DNA of 64,000 nt from Eledone cirrhosa (lineage: Eukaryota): contig OZ024764.1 of the NCBI GenBank assembly GCA_964016885.1, forward strand, positions 7,998,001 through 8,062,000, in the 5' to 3' direction. Shown here piece after piece: positions 53,000 to 64,000 of the stretch. The position numbers were made by a program, and so were the translations under genes. Within the stretch, counting starts at the first letter, position 1; each line of letters starts with the position of its first letter. Under the pieces are notes generated by a model, which made no database searches, was not told the DNA's origin, and saw only the letters and a list, made by a program, of their open reading frames with translations.

Positions 53000-53120
53000 T
53001 TATTGACACGTGTTTCTATAACAGTTACATAACCTGAAAACAGCTGCTATCTACAAAGTATTAGTTATGCAGACATTCAATATTTCAATGTTATTATTAA
53101 CTGTCATTTCATCGGAATAA
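53000..53120 (-). ncRNA. hammerhead-like motif in left pLTR arm
   Basis: Inverted copy of 56970-57090. Confidence 0.6.
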
Positions 53121-53635
53121 TTTTACTGAGGACCTGTTTGGTTTTTATAGAGAATATTAGGAGGGAGGGGTGAAGTTGTTAGAAGAATAGTTGAGGGAGT
53201 GGTTTTTTGATAGCAGTGAGAATTTTTGGTGGCAGTGAGCAATTAGATTCCCATCTGTTGTTTTGACATTTTTATAGAATATATTATTGGTTATTTTTCT
53301 AAATCTATAGAAGGATTAGAGATAGTATAGATATGCGTGGTTGGTTTTGTGTTTGCACTTAATTAACATTCAGACTTAAATTTTTCTTTCAAGTGTACGT
53401 ATCCTTTCGCCCACGCATTCACACACAAACATATATGCACAGCTCTACAAAATACATATACTCACATACACATACTTACATGCTCATACTTACATACATA
53501 TACACATGCATACATATATATATACACATATATACATGTACATACATACGCGTTCATATTTATACATTTTCATACTCAACTTATCTTTATATCCACACGT
53601 ATAGACACACACATATATACACACATACTCCAGTC

Positions 53636-53706
<71 letters not shown>

Positions 53707-54257
53707 ACTTTAATACATGAATGCACTTACATCTAACTATACACATCAAACATATATATATATTTACTTATTTATATACATTTTCACATCTATATACATA
53801 CTTATGGTCGCTTTTAGACATTCATTATAGCATATTTGCACCTATTCTCATCAGCATATATTTCCATTATTAGTGTGGTAATTTAAGGTTATTAATATAC
53901 ATATATATGTTGAGAAGAGATTGTTTTTATATTTTTCTAACTAGATTGAGGTTTATATAGTTGGGGGGTTGTCCCTCTTTTATGTAATATTCAGCTTGTA
54001 GTGGGAAAAAAGGGTTTTAGTTCGGTGACGGCAGAATAATGTTCGTTCAATTCTGTTATTCAGCAATTTCCTCTTGTGTGTGATTATGTAATAGATCTCA
54101 AGATTACACAATTTGCAGAAATTTTGGCTCCTTATGGACTTAATCCTTAAAATTAAATTCAAAGGACGTAACACCAACAACAAATTACAGAAAGATATTA
54201 AAAAACTACTGGACGACCTTAAAAACACCAAATGAATTGTAGTAAAAGCTGTATACT

Positions 54258-56186
54258 ATGGATTGCACTACATACAACAACTTCATTCGAAAAGAATTAC
54301 ATAAAAAATATAGAAAAACGAATGAAGTAACTCTTAAGCACATCAATGATGAGGCATGCGAAATAGTGAAAAATCTCGGGATCGAAGATAGGACAGGACC
54401 ACTCTTACCGGCGGTACCCACCTTCAATCTTAAGGACCATACGGTAAACTTTGATAATGACCCTAAAATTAGATTAATCTGCCCCTCTAAATCAGATATA
54501 GGTAAAATAAGCAAATATATCTTAGATAGAATCATCCCCCAAATTAAGGCTAAGGTTAACATTAAACTCTGGGGGAAGACCCAAGAAGCAATAAGATGGT
54601 TTAATAGCATTAGCAATAAGAATAAATCTAAGTTTATCCAGTTTGATATCGACGAATATTACTCATCGATATCACCTGAAACTTTGAATAGAGCCATTAA
54701 GTTTGCTAAGGATAACTCTGACCTTACAAACGATGAAATTAAGATTATATTAGAAGCTAGGAAAACTATAGTCAAATTTGAGAACATTTATTGGGTACGT
54801 AAAGATAGACCCTCTAACTTTGACATAACAATGGGCTCTAACGATTCGGCGGAAATAACTGATATTGTGGGGTTATTTATCGCCTTTAGACTCCAGCAAA
54901 AATTCAGCAATCTCCACGGCGGAATATACCGCAACGATGTTCTCCTCCTAGTTAAAAACCTAAATAACCAAAAACTAGAAAAACTACGCAAGGATATAAG
55001 AAAACTACTACTCGAAATAGGACTAACTATAACATATGAATACAACCTTAAAGTAGTTAACTTCCTGGATGTCACACTCAATTTAAACTCTGGTCTGATT
55101 AAACCGTTTCATAAATTGAAGGAAAATCTCAAGTACGTAAATGTTGGGTCTAACCACCCCATCTCTATAATTAAATCTATCCCTAAAAATATTTCCCTTA
55201 GAATCTCGGGTCTAACTTCTAACATACAAGTATTTAAGGAACACGCCGAGTACTACGATAACGCCCTTAGTAAAGCAGGCTACCTCAACAAAATAGAGTA
55301 TATAAATGAGAACAATCAAAACACCCAAAATAAATACCACATAGGTAGATATAATAACACAACACCAAACCACACTTACTACCATAGTATACACACCAGT
55401 AAACCAACAAACAAAACTAATAGAAAGCGATGCAAAGAGTACTTATGGTATAACCCTGAATACAATAGTTCCATTAGTACAAATTTACCAGTACTCTTCT
55501 TTAAAATAATTAAGAGACATTTTCCTACATCACACAAAATCCTAAACCCTACCACTATAAGACTGTCATACTCTACAGCGTTAAACCTTGAACAACACAT
55601 AAAAAAGATCAATACTAGAAGGTTAAACGAAAACACTAAAAACTTAAGTACAAAGAACACAAAAAAAACAGTAGACAATACACTACAGAACATAAATAAA
55701 CCACACCTAAGTTCGTCCGCAATACTACTCCAGAGAAAACCCAACATACACAACTGTAACTGCACCTATCCTGACAACTGCCCCCTCGGCAATAACTGCC
55801 TGGAAAAAAATATTATTTATAAGTGTACCATTAAATCCGGAGGCAACGAGTGGTATTACGTGGGATCAACGGCAACATCGTTTAAATCTCGATTATATAG
55901 GCATTCTTACTCAATAAAACACCAGAGCCAAAGAAATGTAACAACTTTAGCAGAAAAAGCTTGGACGCTCAGGGATAGCGATCAAAAGTTTACCCTAAAA
56001 TGGGAGAAATTAGCTAAAACCCAAAGCTTTTCCAGGAGCCAAAATTTCTGCAAATTGTGTAATCTTGAGATCTATTACATAATCACACACAAGAGGAAAT
56101 TGCTGAATAACAGAATTGAACAAACATTATTCTGCCGTCACCGAACTAAAACCCTTTTTTCCCACTACAAGCTGAATATTACATAA
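54258..56186 (+). pseudogene. Penelope RT + GIY-YIG endonuclease ORF (642 aa), 5'-truncated, probably inactive
   Basis: FIQFDI..YYSSI, FDITMGS.DSAE..D.VG, GIYRND (YRDD with D>N), VNFLDV, SNHP, WYNP.Y, CNC..CPL..NCL, IIYKC..YYVGST, C.LC..E. The upstream frame has a stop and a deletion. Confidence 0.9.
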
Positions 56187-56969
56187 AAGAGGGACAACCC
56201 CCCAACTATATAAACCTCAATCTAGTTAGAAAAATATAAAAACAATCTCTTCTCAACATATATATGTATATTAATAACCTTAAATTACCACACTAATAAT
56301 GGAAATATATGCTGATGAGAATAGGTACGAATATGCTATAATGAATGTGTCTAAAAGCAACCATAAGTATGTATATAGATGTGAAAATGTATATAAATAA
56401 GTAAATATATATATATGTTTGATGTGTATAGTTAGATGTAAGTGCATTCATGTATTAAAGTGTTTATATATATATATATATATATATACACATAGACTGG
56501 AGTATGTGTGTGTCTATACGTGTGTATATAAAGATAAGTTGAGTATGAAAATGTATAAACATGAACGCGTATGTATGTACATGTATATATGTGTATATAT
56601 ATATGTATGCATGTGTATATGTATGTGAGTATATGTATTTTGTAGAGCTGTGCATATATGTTTGTGTGTGAATGCGTGGGCGAAAGGATACGTACACTTG
56701 AAAGAAAAATTTAAGTCTGAATGTTAATTAAGTGCAAACACAAAACCAACCACGCATATCTATACTATCTCTAATCCTTCTATAGATTTAGAAAAATAAC
56801 CAATAATATATTCTATAAAAATGTCAAAACAACAGATGGGAATCTAATTACCCACTGCCACCAAAAATTCTCACTGCTATCAAAAAACCACTCCCTCAAC
56901 TATTCTTCTAACAACTTCACCCCTCCCTCCTAATATTCTCTATAAAAACCAAACAGGTCCTCAGTAAAA

Positions 56970-57090
56970 TTATTCCGATGAAATGACAGTTAATAATAAC
57001 ATTGAAATATTGAATGTCTGCATAACTAATACTTTGTAGATAGCAGCTGTTTTCAGGTTATGTAACTGTTATAGAAACACGTGTCAATAA
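56970..57090 (+). ncRNA. hammerhead-like motif with extended stem II in Penelope pLTR
   Basis: ttatt-CCGATGA-a-atgacagtta..~70 nt..taactgttat-a-GAAA-cacgtg-TC-aataa; U4>C variant core. Confidence 0.6.
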
Positions 57091-57124
57091 ATTCCTTTTA
57101 ACTAAACTGTATCCATTAAAATCC

Positions 57125-57174
<50 letters not shown>

Positions 57175-57659
57175 GTAGACATTCAATAAATCGACTATAT
57201 ATATTTTTATATATACAAAACTTTTTATAAACATGTTTTATTCTCTTTTTTTATGCCTTTATATACATATCATCATCATCATCTTCATTGTTTTAACGTC
57301 CACTTTTGCTGCTAGCAAGGGCTGGACCAAGTCAGTACTGAAGCGGAACCACTGATCTCTGGGATAAGCCAGGGATCTGTATTTTGCTTATGTACGGTCT
57401 CATGTTCTACCGAGTGCATAGGAGAGGTTGTAATGTTCTTGACACAACTAAAAGGTCCTCCCAGCCCTTTGTTTGGCAAGCTTTCTATAGCTGGATGCCG
57501 TTCCTATCACCAAACAGACTTTCAACTCCTTTACACAACTTATGGGTCCTCACGAACCTTTTAAAAACTTTTGACCTCTGGTGTCACTCAGTAATACAGA
57601 AGACCCGACTTCCCACAGGTACAAGCCGAAGCTGAAGCATATAGACAATACGCCCCCAC

Positions 57660-58075
57660 CCTCTCTCTGTAAAGTGGTCGTGGAGGTGACACAATAAAAA
57701 AAGCCCTCAGTCCACAGTTAAGTGGTTATGTAGGTGTGATCACAAAAAGCACCCAGTCCACACTGTAAAGTGGTCGTGTAGGTGACATGACAAAAAGCAC
57801 CCAGTCCACACTGTAAAGTGGTCGTGTAGGTGACATGTCAAAAAGCACCCAGTCTACACTGTAAAGTGGTCGTTTAGGTGTCATGACAAAAAAAGCCACC
57901 AGTACTCACTGTAAATGGCGTTGATGTTAGGAAAGGCATCCACCTGTAGAAATTGAGCTAAAATCAGTTCTGTAAAAGCAAGACATGGTCACTTGACCTG
58001 GCGTTGCCCACAACAGGTCAACCCGTCTAACCCATGCTAGCGTGGAAGAATGGGTGTAAAATGGTGATGATGATA
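57660..58075 (-). mobile_element. element C copy with ~5 minisatellite units
   Basis: Same structure as 47930-48626. Confidence 0.75.
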
Positions 58076-58197
58076 TCTATCACTCACAAGTCAAGTTTCC
58101 TCGATCCAGTGAACCGTACTCTTTCCATTTGTGATCACTCCAAGATCTCTTAAATTTCCTCCCGTGTCAACACATATCATATCTAGATATGTTGTTG

Positions 58198-61195
58198 TAG
58201 GACCACCTCTACTTCTATGGCCATGTCCAGGACCACCTCTACTTCTATGGCCATGTCCAGGATGAGCTCTACTCCTATGGCCATATCCAGGACCACCTCT
58301 ACTTCTATGGCCATGTCCAGGACCACCTCTACTTCTATGACCATGTCCAGGACCACCTCTACTTCTATGGCCATGTCTAGGACCACCTCTACTTCTATGG
58401 CCATGTCTAGGACCACCTCTACTTCTATGGCCATGTCCAGGACCACCTCTACTTCTATGACCATGTCCAGGACCACCTCTACTTCTATGGCCATGTCCAG
58501 GACCACCTCTACTCCTATGGCCATGTCCAGGATGACCTCTACTCCTATGGCCATGTCCAGGATGACCTCTACTCCTATGACCATGTCCAGGACCACCTCT
58601 ACTTCTATGGCTATGTCCAGGACCACCTCTACTTCTATGGTCATGTCCAGGATGACCTCTACTCCTATGGCCACGTCCAGGACCACCTCTATTTCTATGG
58701 CCATGTCCAGGACCACCTCTACTTCTATGGCCATGTCCAGGATGACCTCTACTCCTATGGCCATGTCCAGGATGACCTCTACTCCTATGACCATGTCCAG
58801 GACCACCTCTACTCCTATGGCCATGTCCAGGACCACCTCTATTTCTATGGCCATGTCCAGGACCACCTCTACTTCTATGGCCATGTCCAGGATGACCTCT
58901 ACTCCTATGGCCATGTCCAGGACCACCTCTACTTCTATGGCCATGTCCAGGACCACCTCTACTTCTATGGCCATGTCCAGGACCACCTACTCCTATGGCC
59001 ATGTCCAGGACCACCTCTACTTCTATGGCCATGTCCAGGATGACCTCTACTCCTATGACCATGTCCAGGACCACCTCTACTCCTATGACCATGTCCAGGA
59101 CCACCTCTACTTCTATGGCCATGTCCAGGATGACCTCTACTTCTATGGCCATGTCCAGGACCACCTCTATTTCTATGGCCATGTCCAGGACCACCTCTAC
59201 TCCTATGGCCATGTCCAGGATGACCTCTACTCCTATGGCCATGTCCAGGACCACCTCTACTTCTATGGCCATGTCCAGGACCACCTCTACTTCTATGGCC
59301 ATGTCCAGGACCACCTCTACTCCTATGGCCATGTCCAGGATGACCTCTACTCCTATGGCCATGTCCAGGATGACCTTTACTCCTATGGCCATGTCCAGGA
59401 CCACCTCTACTTCTATGGCCATATCCAGGACCACCTCTACTTCTATGGCCATGTCCAGGACCACCTCTACTTCTATGGCCATGTCCAGGACCACCTCTAC
59501 TTCTATGGCCATGTCCAGGACCACCTCTACTTCTATGGCCATGTCCAGGACCACCTCTACTTCTATGGCCATGTCCAGGACCACCTACTCCTATGGCCAT
59601 GTCCAGGATGACCTCTACTCCTATGGCCATGTCCAGGACCACCTCTACTCCTATGGCCATGTCCAGGACCACCTCTACTTCTATGGCCATGTCCAGGATG
59701 ACCTCTACTCCTATGGCCATGTCCAGGATGACCTCTACTCCTATGGCCATGTCCAGGATGACCTCTACTTCTATGGCCATGTCCAGGATGACCTCTACTC
59801 CTATGGCCATGTCCAGGATGACCTCTACTCCTATGGCCATGTCCAGAATGACCTCTACTCCTATGACCATGTCCAGGACCACCTCTACTTCTATGGCTAT
59901 GTCCAGGACCACCTCTACTTCTATGGCCATGTCCAGGATGACCTCTACTCCTATGACCATGTCCAGGACCACCTCTACTTCTATGGCCATGTCCAGGACC
60001 ACCTCTACTTCTATGGCCATGTCCAGGATGACCTCTACTCCTATGGCCATGTCCAGGACCACCTCTACTCCTATGGCCATGTCCAGGACCACCTCTATTT
60101 CTATGGCCATGTCCAGGACCACCTCTACTTCTATGGCCATGTCCAGGATGACCTCTACTCCTATGGCCATGTCCAGGACCACCTCTACTTCTATGGCCAT
60201 GTCCAGGACCACCTACTCCTATGGCCATGTCCAGGATGACCTCTACTCCTATGGCCATGTCCAGGACCACCTCTACTTCTATGGCCATATCCAGGACCAC
60301 CTCTACTTCTATGGCCATGTCCAGGATGACCTCTACTCCTATGGCCATGTCCAGGACCACCTCTACTCCTATGGCCATGTCCAGGACCACCTCTATTTCT
60401 ATGGCCATGTCCAGGATGACCTCTACTTCTATGGCCATGTCCAGGATGACCTCTACTCCTATGGCCATGTCCAGGACCACCTCTACTCCTATGGCCATGT
60501 CCAGGACCACCTCTATTTCTATGGCCATGTCCAGGACCACCTCTACTCCTATGGCCATGTCCAGGACCACCTCTACTCCTATGGCCGTGTCCAGGATGAC
60601 CTCTACTTCTATGACCATGTCCAGGACCACCTCTACTCCTATGGCCGTGTCCAGGATGACCTCTACTCCTATGGCCATGTCCAGGACCACCTCTACTCCT
60701 ATGGCCATGTCTAGGACCACCTCTACTCCTATGGCCATGTCCAGGACCACCTCTACTCCTATGGCCGTGTCCAGGATGACCTCTACTTCTATGGCCATGT
60801 CCAGGACCACCTCTACTCCTATGGCCATGTCCAGGACCACCTCTACTCCTATGGCCGTGTCCAGGATGACCTCTACTCCTATGGCCATGTCCAGGACCAC
60901 CTCTACTCCTATGGCCGTGTCCAGGATGACCTCTACTCCTATGGCCATGTCCAGGACCACCTCTACTTCTATGGCCATGTCCAGGACCACCTCTACTCCT
61001 ATGGCCATGTCCAGGACCACCTCTACTTCTATGGCCATGTCCAGGACCACCTCTACTTCTATGGCCATGTCCAGGACCACCTCTACTTCTATGGCCATGT
61101 CCAGGACCACCTCTACTCCTATGGCCATGTCCAGGACCACCTCTACTCCTATGGCCATGTCCAGGACCACCTCTACTTCTATGGCCGTGCCCAGG
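58198..61195. repeat. 30-bp tandem repeat, ~100 copies
   Basis: gaccacctctacttctatggccatgtccag; 28-bp variants at ~58981, 59579 and 60207. Confidence 0.97.
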
Positions 61196-61492
61196 CTTCC
61201 CTAAGGCAACATGGCTGACACATTTCTTGCCCTGTAACACATCCTTCCCAGACCAACAACATCCAACAGGGGAGGACTGCCCAGACAGAGGTCTCCATTG
61301 GTGACCCACTGTCACCAAGATATGTCAAAAGTCTGTCTCAGAGGTATCGTGTAACATCCATTTAATCTTTTTTCTAAAAAAAAAAAAGACATATAGATGT
61401 GACCCTTGATTTCAAATCTTTGTGTGGAGAACCTTGATAAATTACTGGTATTTTATAATAATAATAATAATAATAATAATGAAATTATTGTG

Positions 61493-62305
61493 TACAGTGC
61501 TCAGGTGCACTACAACTCACCAAAGGTGCATGTATAGTACATAGAATAATGTACAAATGTCAGCAAAGTGAACAGTGTATGAGTCATGATATACATGTGT
61601 GTGTGTGTGGAGGAATATCAGGTGTAGTGTTGGAGAATTTCAGGAAGCATGGAGGTTTTAAAGGATGCAGTGTCTCGACAGCTAACAACTGATGCAGGGA
61701 GTTTGTTCCATGGAGGTTTTAAAGGATGCAGTGTCTCGACAGCTAACAACTGATGCAGGCAGTTTGTTCCATGGAGGTTTTAAAGGATGCAGTGTCTCGA
61801 CAGCTAACAACTGATGCAGGCAGTTTGTTCCATGGAGGTTTTAAAGGATGCAGTGTCTCGACAGCTAACAACTGATGCAGGCAGTTTGTTCCATGGAGGT
61901 TTTAAAGGATGCAGTGTCTCGACAGCTAACAACTGATGCAGGCAGTTTGTTCCATGGAGGTTTTAAAGGATGCAGTGTCTCGACAGCTAACAACTGATGC
62001 AGGGAGTTTGTTCCATGGAGGGTTTAAAGGATGCAGTGTCTCGACAGCTAACAACTGATGCAGGAAGTTTGTTCCATGGAGGTTTTGAAGGATGTAGGGT
62101 CTCGACAGCTAACAACTGATGCAGGTAGTTTGTTCCATGGAGGTTTTAAAGGATGCAGTGTCTCGACAGCTAACAACTGATGTAGGTAGTTTGTTCCATG
62201 GAGGTTTTAAAGGATGCAGTGTCTCGACAGCTAACAACTGATGCAGGGAGTTTGTTCCATGCTTCAGCAACTCTGAGCGGGGAAAAATGTTTCCGAAAAT
62301 CATGA
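61493..62305 (-). mobile_element. CR1/L2-type LINE 3' end with ~10 copies of the 61-bp unit (61648-62260)
   Basis: HDFRKHF..LRVAEAWNKLPASVVSCRDTASFKTSM; (AAT)n-type tail at 61458-61480. Confidence 0.85.
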
Positions 62306-62874
62306 CAACAACACTTTGCCGTGAGTCATATCAATATTTTAATATAAGATATCAATAATCAATATTTTAAAATCAATAAATCAATATATACATGTTTATA
62401 TACAGTTGTTATAGTGAATGAGAGTAACGAGTAAATATAACAGTGAAAAAATATAAATATAATGGATTGGAAACACATACACACACGTGTATATATATAT
62501 ATATATATTGTAAAAATATTGATGTAATTCAATTCAAGAACTCAACGTGTATTTTCCACACAGGAGGGACAAAGTATTTTTAGAATAAGGAAATACAAAC
62601 TTTAAGCCAGTCATGGGCAACCTGCGGTCCACGAAGCTTTCTGAAAGGCTCGCCTAAGTCATCTAAGTGAAATCATTCTGATTTTTTTACCCCAACTTTT
62701 CAATCGTAATTTATCTTTCTATCATTTTAACGATCGAGGAAAACGTAGTAATTCTGAAGAAACAAATCAAAACAACCTGAGTTACCTCCCCCTTTTTTTA
62801 AAATGTGGGGCCCGAATGTAAATTAGCGCTTGTGGCCCATTCTCGAAAAAGGATGCCCATGCCTGGTTTAGATG

Positions 62875-63336
62875 ATAAAGTCCAGGTAGCTGCAGATAGG
62901 CCGTACGTGTGGCAGCAAGACTCAGCGCCCTGCCATACCAGCCGAAAGACCCAAGCCTGGCTGTCAGAGAACTTCGTCGACCACACTTCACCCGACATCT
63001 GGCCTCCCAGCTCGCCTAACTGCAACCCCCTCGACTTCTTTGTGTAGGACGCAGTGGAACGAGACACCAACAGATCTAGCTGCAATACGAAAGACGATCT
63101 GAAGGCCAGGATCACAAGTGCCTTTAGGAGCCTAAGTCGGGAGACAGTGACGAAGGCCTGTAGCCGGTTCCGAGGCCGTCTTCAAAGCCAATGGCGGGTT
63201 TATCGAGTGAGATCGAAAGAACAAGCCATGAAGACAAACTGACCCAAGTTTGATAAATATATCTTAAAAAATAAAACTACTGTGTTACTTTTTCCTAGAC
63301 AGTAATCTTGTGAACAGATATCGTCTGCACCCTGTA
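62875..63336 (+). mobile_element. Tc1/mariner (DD37D, maT-type) transposase 3' fragment and right TIR
   Basis: YVWQQDSAPCHTS..WPPSSPNCNPLD (37 aa between the Ds), followed by an in-frame stop; end ..atatcgtctgcaccctg|TA. Confidence 0.85.
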
Positions 63337-63657
63337 TATATATTAGAAAATGTGTGAAATCCTTGGTACAGTTAGGTATATTTAACATCATCATCATCGT
63401 TTAACGTCCGTGTTCCACGCTTGCATGGGTTTGGACGGGGGTAGTCCCACTTGAGGCAAGAGTGATTGTCTTGCTCGCATAGGACTGTCTGGCAGGTTTT
63501 CTACAGTTGGATGCCCTTCCTAACACCAACCACATTTACAGTGTGGGTCTGGGAGGTTTTTACCGTGTTGCCTATATATATATATATTCAAGTGGAACAA
63601 AACCGTCCAACCCATGCTAGCATGGAAGATGGACGTTAAACCATGATGATGATCATC

Positions 63658-63659
<2 letters not shown>

Positions 63660-63704
<45 letters not shown>

Positions 63705-63862
63705 TATATATACACACACACATATATGTATATATGTATACATATATATATATGTATATATATATATATGTATACAGATACATATATATATGCATACATT
63801 ATATATATATATGTATACATATATATATATATATATGTATACATATATATATATATATATGT

Positions 63863-63898
<36 letters not shown>

Positions 63899-64000
63899 AT
63901 ACACATATATATATATATATATATATGTATACATATATATATATATATATATATATATGTATACATATATATATATATATATATATATGTATACACATAT
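63660..64000. repeat. (TA)n-rich microsatellite
   Basis: Directly visible. Confidence 0.95.

Larger units (their letters stand above)
52850..57130 (+). mobile_element. Penelope-like element with inverted pseudo-LTR arms, inserted in (TA)n
   Basis: 52960-54132 is the reverse complement of 56034-57130; RT-GIY-YIG ORF between and overlapping the arms; (TA)n on both sides. Confidence 0.93.

Noticed and set aside
54258-56186. Active Penelope element
   Set aside because: Catalytic YRDD reads YRND, and the 5' part is truncated with a stop and a deletion.
56305-56340. CTGATGA..GAAT as a second hammerhead in the Penelope 3' UTR
   Set aside because: No stem II or stem I pairing and no GAAA.
58091-61318. 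GPGHGHRSR / MAIEVEVVLD repeat proteins
   Set aside because: Frames are broken by 2-bp deletions; no signal peptide or splice support.

Overview
Eukaryotic, repeat-dense DNA; the SINE families look like those of octopus/cephalopods (inference). It holds two divergently oriented protein-coding genes: an intronless BRF1 (TFIIIB subunit; minus, 22155-24575) and a three-exon LRWD1/ORCA-like WD40 gene lacking LRRs (plus, 37628-49477). Roughly half of the window is tandem repeat, and many arrays are amplified fragments of recognisable transposons (CR1/L2, RTE, CRE-like, SINEs). Two features stand out. (1) A Penelope-like element (RT + GIY-YIG) has ~1.1-kb inverted arms, and several short non-coding fold-back elements share its architecture. 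All sit in (TA)n tracts and carry type I hammerhead ribozyme motifs, some with a greatly extended stem II. (2) A ~39-copy homogeneous array of tRNA-like A-box/B-box Pol III promoter units lies upstream of BRF1 and points towards it. All coordinates and base pairings were read by eye; no searches were run.
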